Virus record (IMG/VR): IMGVR_UViG_3300015214_000024
Coordinates: 265,787 to 329,786 of that record
Length of the DNA stretch: 64,000 bases
From: a virus
Lineage: Duplodnaviria > Heunggongvirae > Uroviricota > Caudoviricetes
Direction: 5' to 3' (one strand)
The position numbers and the translations under genes were made by a program. Numbering within the stretch: the stretch's first letter is position 1; every line of letters begins with the position of its first letter. The notes beneath the pieces were generated by a model, which ran no database searches, was not told the origin of the DNA, and worked only from the letters and a program-made list of their open reading frames with translations. Of this stretch, positions 55,118 to 64,000 are shown piece after piece.

Positions 55118-57412
55118 TTAAATTGCACACGCTTCACAATCCTCAGAATCATCTACATCAGATTGCAGCAATTCCGGAAGTGATTCATCATCTTCAATCT
55201 CACCAGCCATATCATTAGTATTATTATAATAGAAAGTCTTAATACCCCATTTATAAGCATTGACCATCATTTTCAAATGCTCACTCATTGGTACTTTATG
55301 CTCTGGATAGAATTTTGGATTGTAGCTTGTATTTGCAGAAATGGTTTGGTCAATATAACGCTGCAAAATAGCAACAATCTTCAAATATCCTTCTGGTGAC
55401 TTTTGATCCCAAAGCAAATCGTATTTGTTCTTCAAACGTTTGATTTCCGGAACCACTTGCTTCAAAACACCGTCCTTGGACTGTTTAATTGAAACCAATG
55501 ATCGTGGTGGCTCGATGCCATTTGTAGCATTGGAGATCTGGCTCGAACTTTCACTTGGCATAAGTGCCATCAAAGTTGAATTGCGAATGCCAACATTTAC
55601 CAAACGATCACGAAGTTCTTCCCAATCCATTTTATTTGAAGGAGCGACAAGTTCGTCGACTTCCTTCTTATAAGTATCAATTGGTAAAATTCCCTTTGAA
55701 TATTTGGTGTCTTTGTATTTGTCACACGGACCAAATTCTTCAGCCAAATCAACAGAAGCCTTAATCAAGTAATATGACCAAGCTTCTACATATTCATCAA
55801 TCAAAGCCAAGCCAGTAGCATCAATGTCTTGATAGTTCAAGTCGTGCTTTGCAAGCCAATATGCAAAGTTGATAATACCAACACCAAGGTTTCTACGGGC
55901 CTTTGTTGCAATCTCAGCAGCCAATACTGGATAATTTTGATATGAGATCAAGGCATCAAGACCTCTTACAGCCAAATTACAAACTGATTCAAAATCACTC
56001 GGCTTTCTAATGTTACCCCAGTTGATTGCGCTCAAAATACAAGTTGATATTTCACCAGCAGCATCATTCAAGTCATTGAGTGGATTGGTTGGCAATGTGA
56101 TCTCTGTGCAAAGGTTGGACATATAAACCGTAGCTTTTTCAGGAATGAAAGAACTATGAGTATTGCAGTGATCAACATTCATCAAATATATACGACCAGT
56201 ATCCTGGCGTTCCTGAACAAATGCACTGAACAAATCAATTGCCTTAATTTTATCCTTCTTAATCTTTGGATTGCGCTCTGCCCTCTCATAAAGAGTCTTG
56301 AAATGGTCTTGATCATTGAAGAATGCTTCATAGAGTCCAGGAACATCGTGTGGCGAGAATAATGTAATATCACCGCCGGTTAACAAACGCTCATACATAA
56401 GCTTATTAAATTGAACACCATAATCTACGTGACGTGCTCGACTTTCTTCCGTTCCCTTATTGTTCTTCAAAACAAGCAAGTTTTCAACTTCCAAATGCCA
56501 AATTGGATAGTAGAAGGTCGCCGCGCCGCCGCGAATGCCACCCTGTGAGCAACTTTTAACGGCCGCTTGAAACATCTTAATAAAAGGAATCAATCCAGTA
56601 TGCTTGGCTTCGCCGCCGCGAATTGGACTACCTTCGGCGCGGAGGCGACCAACGTTCAAACCAATACCCGCTTTCTGGCTGATATATTTTACGATTGCAG
56701 ATGTTGATGCATTGATAGAATCAAGTGAGTCATCACAATCAATCAAGACACACGATGCATATTGGCGGCTCGGTGTTCTGACGCCAGCCATAATCGGTGT
56801 TGGCAAGCTAATATCAAACTTACTAATCGCATCATAATATTTTTTAACATATTTCATACGAGTTTCTTTTGGATAATTAGCAAACAACGTTGCTGAAACC
56901 AAAATGTAACACATTTGCGGTGTTTCATAAATTTCGCCAGAAACTCTGTTCTTAACCAAATACTTACCACGAAATTGTTCCATTGCGGCAAAAGTTAGCA
57001 AGTCATCACGAGTGTGATCAATCATTGCATTAAGTTCGTCAAACTCTTCCTTAGTGTAAAGCTCTAGGATTTGCTTATCATAATATTTTTTATCAATAAC
57101 ATTCTTGACGTGGTCATAAAGATGAATTGGTGTATATTGACCATATACTTCTTTACGCAAGTGGTAGTTGATTAGACGACCCGCAACATATTGATAATTT
57201 GGTGTGTCTTGTGTGATTAATTCTGCGGCTGCTTTGATTAAAATTTCTTGTATTTCGCTCGTCTTCATTTTATTTTTGAATTGAATTTGAGATTTGATTT
57301 CAATGTCGGAGGCCGAGACTCCGGTAATTCCTTCACAGGAATTTAAAACAACTCTGTGAAATTTGGATAAATCCAATGGTGCGGTTGTGCCATCACGCTT
57401 AGTTACGAGCAT
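55118..57412 (-). CDS. nrdA: ribonucleotide reductase class Ia alpha subunit with ATP cone
   Basis: VTKRDG, SCVLI, SQGG.RGG, SNLCTEI, PSESSSQI, KTFYY, CEAC. Confidence 0.97.
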   Translation of the reverse strand: MLVTKRDGTTAPLDLSKFHRVVLNSCEGITGVSASDIEIKSQIQFKNKMKTSEIQEILIKAAAELITQDTPNYQYVAGRLINYHLRKEVYGQYTPIHLYDHVKNVIDKKYYDKQILELYTKEEFDELNAMIDHTRDDLLTFAAMEQFRGKYLVKNRVSGEIYETPQMCYILVSATLFANYPKETRMKYVKKYYDAISKFDISLPTPIMAGVRTPSRQYASCVLIDCDDSLDSINASTSAIVKYISQKAGIGLNVGRLRAEGSPIRGGEAKHTGLIPFIKMFQAAVKSCSQGGIRGGAATFYYPIWHLEVENLLVLKNNKGTEESRARHVDYGVQFNKLMYERLLTGGDITLFSPHDVPGLYEAFFNDQDHFKTLYERAERNPKIKKDKIKAIDLFSAFVQERQDTGRIYLMNVDHCNTHSSFIPEKATVYMSNLCTEITLPTNPLNDLNDAAGEISTCILSAINWGNIRKPSDFESVCNLAVRGLDALISYQNYPVLAAEIATKARRNLGVGIINFAYWLAKHDLNYQDIDATGLALIDEYVEAWSYYLIKASVDLAEEFGPCDKYKDTKYSKGILPIDTYKKEVDELVAPSNKMDWEELRDRLVNVGIRNSTLMALMPSESSSQISNATNGIEPPRSLVSIKQSKDGVLKQVVPEIKRLKNKYDLLWDQKSPEGYLKIVAILQRYIDQTISANTSYNPKFYPEHKVPMSEHLKMMVNAYKWGIKTFYYNNTNDMAGEIEDDESLPELLQSDVDDSEDCEACAI

Positions 57413-57517
57413 AATTACTATAATCCTTATTTTTATCTTTTCGTTGGGTTCTATATTTAACTAATCGTGAACCGATATTTTCTACAAATTTAATTAAAAA
57501 TCGCAGAAAAGTCTATA

Positions 57518-57955
57518 TTATAAGATTGTATATGAACCTTTTTTATTTGATTTGAATTTGTTTTGAATATTCAATGATGGTAGAACTTCATCAAAGTCTA
57601 CAATATCCATTCCGTAGTTCAATGCCTTGCCATTGATCACCGCAATCATTACATCGCGTTGTTTTTCTGAATCAATAGCATATACTAGATATGAATCGTC
57701 AATACCATCAATCATCATTAATGCCGTTTGATGCATCATAATGCCTCTTGAATATTCACAAATTTCATCGTGATAAACCATATCCCAAGGATTCATCCAA
57801 TTTTCCGGATTGTCTGGATCAACGGTTCTTTTAGAAAATGGATAGAGCATCCAAAATTTATTGATAGAATCTAATTTCTGATCAGTGTCTAAATCAGCAA
57901 TACTATCTCTAAATTGTCTCCAGGAACGGAGACGTAATTCTTTTCCTCTAGACAT
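57518..57955 (-). CDS. hypothetical protein
   Basis: W..FR...DPD.PE.W.NPW. Confidence 0.55.
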   Translation of the reverse strand: MSRGKELRLRSWRQFRDSIADLDTDQKLDSINKFWMLYPFSKRTVDPDNPENWMNPWDMVYHDEICEYSRGIMMHQTALMMIDGIDDSYLVYAIDSEKQRDVMIAVINGKALNYGMDIVDFDEVLPSLNIQNKFKSNKKGSYTIL

Positions 57956-57970
57956 TAATTGCCTTTCTTT

Positions 57971-59815
57971 TTATATAATCATAGAACTTATAATAGTTTT
58001 GGTAGTCGGTGTCCCAAGTGAAGAGACTGCATTAATTTTAATGTTTTGGGCTGAATTATCAGGTACTACAGTTAAAACTAAGCCAGAACCTGATCCACCG
58101 ATTTCAACAAAATCGTCTGAAAAACTAATGTTCGCAGCGCTTACATTGTTTGGCGTAGTTTCAAAATATATAATTTTAATAGTTCCTGTTCTTAAAATAT
58201 TAGTCCCACCATTTGGTATTCTCATAGCGTAATTTACAATTACTGAGTTGCCTTTATATGCATTTGGCTGTGCCACGGTTGCACTAGGATATGCAATAGT
58301 AGCCAAGGTCAAATTTGTCGACGAGGCTGGATTGTACAAGACTGAACCAATTACAGTTAAATCTCCACAAACAGTCAAATCTTTAATACCTAAGGATATT
58401 ACGGTGAAATCTTGAGCATTAAGAATAGTTGTAGTAGCAGAAAAATTATCTATTCTTGGGTTTGCGGTACCACATACTGCCGATGTCTGATTAGCAAACC
58501 AATCAGACATTGAACTACAAAATGTAGTTGAGGCGCCAAACCTTATTGATTTTCCAGTTGTATTATTGTACCTATTGCGGAAACTTATTACTGATGTAGC
58601 ATTTCCGAATACATCCAATGCATAAGCAGTATAGTTATTAAAAATTGAATTTGAAATGGTAATATTGCTTATTTTATAAGATGATGCAGTGTGGCGGTAT
58701 TGGGTGTCAAAATCATATGTTACATCAGTACCGATTTTTACATTCAATAAGCCACCATTGAATTGGTGGCGATCAATTATAACATCATTCGCCCCATCAA
58801 TAATATTAAAATCGTGGGCAGCGCCTGAAGTTGAACACTGTATAAATTTAATTCTACCAACTTCCGCTGTAGCATTATTAAAAGATGATATTAGGACCGA
58901 GCTGGAAGCATCGATTATACTATCACCCGTCTGCCAGTTGTTATCACTAACGAAATCAAAAGTGCATTTTTCAAAAATAGTATCAGTGAGTCTATTAAGT
59001 CTCACTACCTGACGTTTTTTAACACTCGATACATCACTGACTTGATTTGATTGGAACGATATACCATAAAAGTACATTTTATTACAATCAACTACAGAAG
59101 GCGTTAAGTTTCCATCACCAAAATCAGTACCCATATCAAAATCGACTTGACCATATGAGTCACCTGATATTAAAACAGCATCGTCATTGTCATCAATTGA
59201 CAGTTCAACATCGAGATAAATTATCGTTTTTCCTGGATCACCAATCAAGGTCATACCTGGATAACCAACCAAATTTTGTCTAATTCTATATACGCCAGCT
59301 GGTAAATACAACGCCACATTTCGTCTTACTGCGGCCGTCGATGACCCAACCTCACCAAATTCTTCACTGAAAAGGTTCTTAGTAGCTCTAATTAAAGCAC
59401 CAGTGTCGTCAGTATTAAAATCACCGACGGCTTTATAATCTTTAACACTAACAAATTCATCAAATTTTTCTTGATAGCTTCGGATAGTAGCGTTAAATGT
59501 CGTCGGATCTAGATCCGTATTATTGGCATCTTCCACATAACCAGTGCTGGCAGTAAAATAATCCAAGCCCAATGGAGCACCTTTCTGCATCAACTGCTGG
59601 TATGCCATCGGACTCTTGTATGAATAGTTGAAACTGCTGGCCGGTGTATATTGGGTAATGATTTCAGTATTGCCCGGATGAATAGGACCGTTACCGATAA
59701 AAAGCTGGCGAGAATCTAAAGCCCATCCTAATTCTGCTTCATTCAATGCAGACGGAAGTTCACGATACAAACCTGTTCTATGTTGTATTCTACTGATTTG
59801 TGTAATCGCAGCCAT
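57971..59815 (-). CDS. virion structural protein (tail/baseplate) with beta-helix, pectate-lyase-like region
   Basis: ISRIQHR.G...ELGWALD.RQLFIGNG, VSVKDY.AVGD..TDDT, LYLPAGVY. Confidence 0.7.
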   Translation of the reverse strand: MAAITQISRIQHRTGLYRELPSALNEAELGWALDSRQLFIGNGPIHPGNTEIITQYTPASSFNYSYKSPMAYQQLMQKGAPLGLDYFTASTGYVEDANNTDLDPTTFNATIRSYQEKFDEFVSVKDYKAVGDFNTDDTGALIRATKNLFSEEFGEVGSSTAAVRRNVALYLPAGVYRIRQNLVGYPGMTLIGDPGKTIIYLDVELSIDDNDDAVLISGDSYGQVDFDMGTDFGDGNLTPSVVDCNKMYFYGISFQSNQVSDVSSVKKRQVVRLNRLTDTIFEKCTFDFVSDNNWQTGDSIIDASSSVLISSFNNATAEVGRIKFIQCSTSGAAHDFNIIDGANDVIIDRHQFNGGLLNVKIGTDVTYDFDTQYRHTASSYKISNITISNSIFNNYTAYALDVFGNATSVISFRNRYNNTTGKSIRFGASTTFCSSMSDWFANQTSAVCGTANPRIDNFSATTTILNAQDFTVISLGIKDLTVCGDLTVIGSVLYNPASSTNLTLATIAYPSATVAQPNAYKGNSVIVNYAMRIPNGGTNILRTGTIKIIYFETTPNNVSAANISFSDDFVEIGGSGSGLVLTVVPDNSAQNIKINAVSSLGTPTTKTIISSMII

Positions 59816-59853
59816 TTGTTTTAACTCACTTTATCCCTATCCATATTGTATAT

Positions 59854-60537
59854 TTATTGTCCTGCTTGGTTATAGAATTTTTGCACCATCTCCAGCCATC
59901 GATCAGTGTATTCTTCAAATTCGCGGCCTTCGAGATAGAATTCTTTATAATCGTCATCCCTCGATGCCATAAAGATTACACCAAATTGAATATCAGTATT
60001 GAACATATGATTATGAGCCATAGCATATGCTACTAGCTGAAAGAAATAACTTTCAATCCATTCACGCTTCTTTATCTTTTTGGCATTTTTATGGTCCATT
60101 ATCGCAGGGGTCCCATTAAATTCCCCAACTAAATCAGTCGTGCCAGCATAAAGTGATGGATAAAATAGCTTTACTTCATATCCATATACTTCATTTACTT
60201 TAGTCAACCCCCTACCAATGATAGTATCTGCCATTTTTCGGGCTTGCTTATATATAAAATTGGATTTTTCTACTCTAGGCTTGCCAGCAATGTGGTCTTC
60301 CACATATCCGTGCATTATGGTACCGACATCAGTGGCGTGCTTGACTTGACGATGGGCTTCTTCTTCACCGATGCGCTGTTTCCAAGCCTCAATGGCTGAT
60401 TTGTCTGTCATCGCTGACAAGATAGTAGTAACACTTGGTAATTTATTACCATTTTCAGGTTCTAAATAATGGCGGCGGCCATCGTCATAAGTCACAGATT
60501 CTAATATAGGATAATCATATTTTTGTCGTATAAACAT
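59854..60537 (-). CDS. PD-(D/E)xK (Cas4/RecB-like) exonuclease
   Basis: LPSVTTIL, GT.MH, YAGTTD, IMDHK, QLVAYA. Confidence 0.8.
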   Translation of the reverse strand: MFIRQKYDYPILESVTYDDGRRHYLEPENGNKLPSVTTILSAMTDKSAIEAWKQRIGEEEAHRQVKHATDVGTIMHGYVEDHIAGKPRVEKSNFIYKQARKMADTIIGRGLTKVNEVYGYEVKLFYPSLYAGTTDLVGEFNGTPAIMDHKNAKKIKKREWIESYFFQLVAYAMAHNHMFNTDIQFGVIFMASRDDDYKEFYLEGREFEEYTDRWLEMVQKFYNQAGQ

Positions 60538-60545
60538 TAATTATT

Positions 60546-61448
60546 TCATTTCTTATAAATTATTGATTCAATTAATGCAATATTCTTTTCAGTTAATGGC
60601 ATACCAAGCTGTTCAATTACATATCCAACCATAATACCATTATCTAAAATATTAGAATTTGCACTAATATCCATAACTTTATTATACAACGTTTGCTTAT
60701 CTTTATCAATATTTTCAGAAACTATATGACTTCCGAGATCGGTTTCACTTTCTGAAACTTTTGATGTTACTTGGGCTACGAACTGCTGTGGATCAATATC
60801 AGGAAATGGTGAAAATCCCATTGATTCGATCACATCTTGATGGGATTGTGCCCATTTAGCAAAGTTCAAAGCATATGCTTTTTCATAAACTGGGCCAAGT
60901 TTTAATTCGTCATTATAGCTATATTCATAGTCTCGGCCGTCATTCCATTCAAAGTTGAAATGGATACCACCAGCTTCACCCAAAAGCTCATCCTCAAAAC
61001 TTTCCCATCCGGATTGGAAATTTAAAACCCAATCTTCTAAAGTTTCAGTTTCTTTCTTTGCATCTACCATACCATCGTGCATATGTTGTAATAATTTTGG
61101 AAATATTTCATTTGCACCTTTTTCAGTCTTAATATAATCTGGAGCAAAATATTCGTCAAAATGATCAACGGCATATTGCCAACGTGCATCTTCAGCAGCT
61201 TCGTCGTACCACTCATCGCCAGCTTCATCAATTGGTTTTTTTCTTAAAGATTTCAAAAAACTAAAACCTTCGCCACCAGAATCTTTTAGACTGCTTGATA
61301 AAAGACCATTAAAATCTGGAGATTCCTCATTTTCAGTAGTGCGCTCAAGCTCAGCCTTTTTAAGTTCTGCGCCTAACGTGTCACTTTCAGTTAATCCTGC
61401 TAATCGTTTAAGTCTTTCAAATTCCATTTTAGTATCCTCAGGAAACAT
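60546..61448 (-). CDS. acidic probable head/virion protein
   Basis: RLKRLAGL.E motif. Confidence 0.5.
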   Translation of the reverse strand: MFPEDTKMEFERLKRLAGLTESDTLGAELKKAELERTTENEESPDFNGLLSSSLKDSGGEGFSFLKSLRKKPIDEAGDEWYDEAAEDARWQYAVDHFDEYFAPDYIKTEKGANEIFPKLLQHMHDGMVDAKKETETLEDWVLNFQSGWESFEDELLGEAGGIHFNFEWNDGRDYEYSYNDELKLGPVYEKAYALNFAKWAQSHQDVIESMGFSPFPDIDPQQFVAQVTSKVSESETDLGSHIVSENIDKDKQTLYNKVMDISANSNILDNGIMVGYVIEQLGMPLTEKNIALIESIIYKK

Positions 61449-61776
61449 TATCTTTTACATTTTTCATAGCAATTTTCTGGGTGTGAGTTTCACCCGGGCC
61501 TTCAGGCGCTTGATAATCCATAATTACATATTCGCCCTTAATATCTGCTTTTCCAGTATTTGAAATTAACTGTTTAATATTATTGACTTCTTCAGTATTA
61601 TCTTTATCAATCATATTGTTAGACATATTGTTTAATTCGTCAATAAATCTATCAATTTTAATCTGTTTAATCTGACTAGCATCAAGTCTGAGTAAGAGCG
61701 ACTCAACGTCAGATGACAACGGCGTCTCAATTTCTTGTTCTTGGCCTTGTTGTTCGTCAAACTCAAATAGTCTCAT
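61438..61776 (-). CDS. probable virion protein
   Basis: MRLFEF N-terminus. Confidence 0.5.
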   Translation of the reverse strand: MRLFEFDEQQGQEQEIETPLSSDVESLLLRLDASQIKQIKIDRFIDELNNMSNNMIDKDNTEEVNNIKQLISNTGKADIKGEYVIMDYQAPEGPGETHTQKIAMKNVKDNVS

Positions 61777-63149
61777 TACTTGCCACCTTTTAAAATTTTA
61801 GCAGCAATCTTTAACTGCTTCTTTTCTGATTCACTTAAAAGATACATTGGCATTGGTGATTCATTGTATTTTTTAGCAAACTTAATTGCTGCCATCTGTG
61901 ATTCATCCAATTTAACAGTCTTACCACCAATAACGATTGATTCTCCCATCAAAGCTTCTTCAGGATCCTTCTTTTCGTAATCTTCTGCTTCAGCTGATTC
62001 TTCGCCATCTGGTGCAATTGGGGCAATCGGCGCTGGGACTTCATCGTCAAGTGATAAATCGTTTGGTGTTGATCCGTCACCAATATGCTTTTCCAAAGCA
62101 CGAGCATAACTGTCAAATAAGTCACGCAATTCTTGCACACTATCTGATGCTTTTTGTAGTGCATCTTCAGCTTTACGTGCAAACCCGTTAGCTGTTGGAG
62201 CACCAAAGTTTTCTTTCATTCCGTCCACAAGAGGCAAAACGTCATCAGTGGCCATACTTGAAATGTCTTCAATTTGCTTTTGCAATCTTGAGACAATATC
62301 TTTGGTTGCTAAGACGATTTCTGCTCGTTGTAGCTCGGCTTCTTCAAGCATAACGCTTTCAGTGAGTTTAGTCATTTTTTCAATCTTACTCATTTCGCCT
62401 TCCTTTAAATTACCAATGTTAAAATTTATATTAACTCCTGGGATATTTAATATTTCTTGTTCTTCTTCTTGATCATCACCAATAGTGTATATTGATGTAT
62501 CAGATGGTTCAATTTCTTGTTCTGCTGGTGCAGGCACTGGCATAGCGCCTGGCTTTGAAGCGGCATTAACTGGTGCGATACTTTCTTGATCAGATGGATT
62601 TGAAATCTTTAATACGTCACCATCTAACCCATTGATCTTGTCTGGGTTCAATACCGATACGTAAATATTATTTTCGTTTGATGGGGCATCAATTGGATTT
62701 GCGTCCCTTGGATCAAATTTAATATAATCTTCAGGTGTAGAATTTGGATTTTGCAATCGTTGAGTTAACATTTTTTCTAAATTATATTGGTCTTCCCTCC
62801 AATATAAATCCGGTCTATTTGTGCCATCCCCGGATATAGCAGCCCCGTTATTTGGGTCAATTTTATATTCCAAATCTTCTTTAAACTTTACCTTTTTTTG
62901 TGGGTAAATTTCTTTCAAATATACTCTAAGTGCTTCATTTAACAAAGATATTGGCGATGAGATATTACCAATAACTAATGATTCGAGAAATATTTTCGAA
63001 CGCATTTCACCAGTTCTAATTAATAATTTTTCTAGTAATGGGATAGGTAACGATTCGAAAAATGTCATATCAACGAAATATGACTCTTTCAGATCTTTCT
63101 TAAGCATAGAATAATGCTTGTCTGAAAAATTTATATCATCAAGATTCAT
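61776..63149 (-). CDS. probable head/scaffold-associated structural protein
   Basis: Acidic; AEIVLA.KDIV..LQ..IEDI; TAAATA upstream. Confidence 0.55.
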   Translation of the reverse strand: MNLDDINFSDKHYSMLKKDLKESYFVDMTFFESLPIPLLEKLLIRTGEMRSKIFLESLVIGNISSPISLLNEALRVYLKEIYPQKKVKFKEDLEYKIDPNNGAAISGDGTNRPDLYWREDQYNLEKMLTQRLQNPNSTPEDYIKFDPRDANPIDAPSNENNIYVSVLNPDKINGLDGDVLKISNPSDQESIAPVNAASKPGAMPVPAPAEQEIEPSDTSIYTIGDDQEEEQEILNIPGVNINFNIGNLKEGEMSKIEKMTKLTESVMLEEAELQRAEIVLATKDIVSRLQKQIEDISSMATDDVLPLVDGMKENFGAPTANGFARKAEDALQKASDSVQELRDLFDSYARALEKHIGDGSTPNDLSLDDEVPAPIAPIAPDGEESAEAEDYEKKDPEEALMGESIVIGGKTVKLDESQMAAIKFAKKYNESPMPMYLLSESEKKQLKIAAKILKGGK

Positions 63150-63214
63150 ACATTGAGCCCAAAGTAAGTGAATTCACCTGATATTTATTAAATATGGCTT
63201 CTTAAAATACAAAT

Positions 63215-63838
63215 TTAATGAACAGTTGGATTCGACAAATATTCCACTTCAAGTCCAGAATTTTCATTAATTGCTTTGAAATATTCAATATAACGTTCTA
63301 ATTGTTCAATATGTTCTTCAATCTCATCTAATGAACTCGAGGATTGCATATCCCACAACATAACAAAAGACGCGACCACTTCTGAGGGATAATGATCATA
63401 TCCCTCACTTATCACATCGTGAACATTTAAAGTCATCTCATCAACAATTCTTGTTAATGCATTTACCTTACCAAATAATTCACCAATTTGACCACTGTAT
63501 TTTATCATTAAGTCTTGATCATACTGCAAATAATTATGAATTACATTAATATCCACAATTCTAGCTTGCAGATCATCAACTTTATCATTAATATGATCAA
63601 TTACAGCTTTGGCACTTTCTTTTAATTCTTCCAAAGTTAAAAATAGAAATTCAGGTACATCCTCATTTGAGGAGGTAGTTTTTGATTCTTTCCTTAATAT
63701 AAAGTGCTTGATATTGCGAAGAATTGAATTTGCTTTCATATAGTTGCTGCTTCCACTCAATGTTATTATTTTTGGCTCGTTGCCAAACTGCCTTTTCCTG
63801 CAGAGCTTTGTCTCGTAGACGTTGATACTCTTCATCAA
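63215..63838 (-). CDS. hypothetical protein (true start probably near 63635-63660)
   Basis: ORF track; 5' part overlaps the next gene. Confidence 0.45.
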   Translation of the reverse strand: MMKSINVYETKLCRKRQFGNEPKIITLSGSSNYMKANSILRNIKHFILRKESKTTSSNEDVPEFLFLTLEELKESAKAVIDHINDKVDDLQARIVDINVIHNYLQYDQDLMIKYSGQIGELFGKVNALTRIVDEMTLNVHDVISEGYDHYPSEVVASFVMLWDMQSSSSLDEIEEHIEQLERYIEYFKAINENSGLEVEYLSNPTVH

Positions 63839-64000
63839 GTTCCATTATAGCATCAATTTCCTTGTCGTGCAAATTATGACCTTGATTTAAAATCTTAAGA
63901 ATGGCTTGAGCAGCTTCATACACAAACACTGGTTCAAGTTTTTGCTTTGTTACAACATTTGAAATATGATAATTTGGTTCTTTTTTACCATTAACTGATT
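63663..64000 (-). CDS. 5'-truncated hypothetical protein
   Basis: Frame continues to the window edge. Confidence 0.5.
   Translation of the reverse strand, partial: SVNGKKEPNYHISNVVTKQKLEPVFVYEAAQAILKILNQGHNLHDKEIDAIMELDEEYQRLRDKALQEKAVWQRAKNNNIEWKQQLYESKFNSSQYQALYIKERIKNYLLK

Noticed and set aside
53927-57412. Introns or inteins in nrdA/nrdB
   Set aside because: Both ORFs are continuous and of normal length (764 and 376 aa)
59854-60537. CRISPR-Cas locus (Cas4-like gene)
   Set aside because: This is a stand-alone phage exonuclease; no repeat-spacer array or other cas genes are seen in the window

Overview
A 64-kb, AT-rich (~35% GC by eye) segment of a large lytic (jumbo-type) dsDNA phage. 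The host is very probably an alphaproteobacterium, judged from the permuted two-piece tmRNA with a DNDN...LAA tag, the class I LysRS and a sphingomonad-like outer-membrane beta-barrel. The window holds nucleotide-metabolism genes (purA, nrdA/nrdB/grx, queD, HAD nucleotidase), several free-standing homing endonucleases, lysis and virion genes, and a very complete translation-support island: GluRS, class I LysRS, IleRS, SerRS, TilS, CCA-adding enzyme, Map, GreA, a Pth2-like hydrolase, an RF1-like release factor, an Smr nuclease, tmRNA and tRNAs. The main discovery is a set of ribosome-sensing leader ORFs that the ORF track misses, each placed in front of the component it could sense. (1) A 7xSer leader peptide with a full 1:2/2:3/3:4 transcription attenuator precedes an all-serine tRNA array containing canonical and 8/4-type tRNAs. 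(2) An Ile-rich leader base-pairs with the ileS Shine-Dalgarno (SD). (3) A UAG-terminated leader base-pairs with the SD of the RF1-like gene, which itself has an in-frame UGA. (4) An ATG-ATG-TAG minigene/anti-SD leader precedes the peptidyl-tRNA hydrolase. Together they look like a phage translation-surveillance system that switches on backup translation parts on demand. Also present: tRNA-like RNAs without a normal anticodon loop, a preQ1-like pseudoknot before queD, and large unclassified structured RNAs around tRNA-Ala and the tmRNA. All calls are from manual reading; no searches were run.
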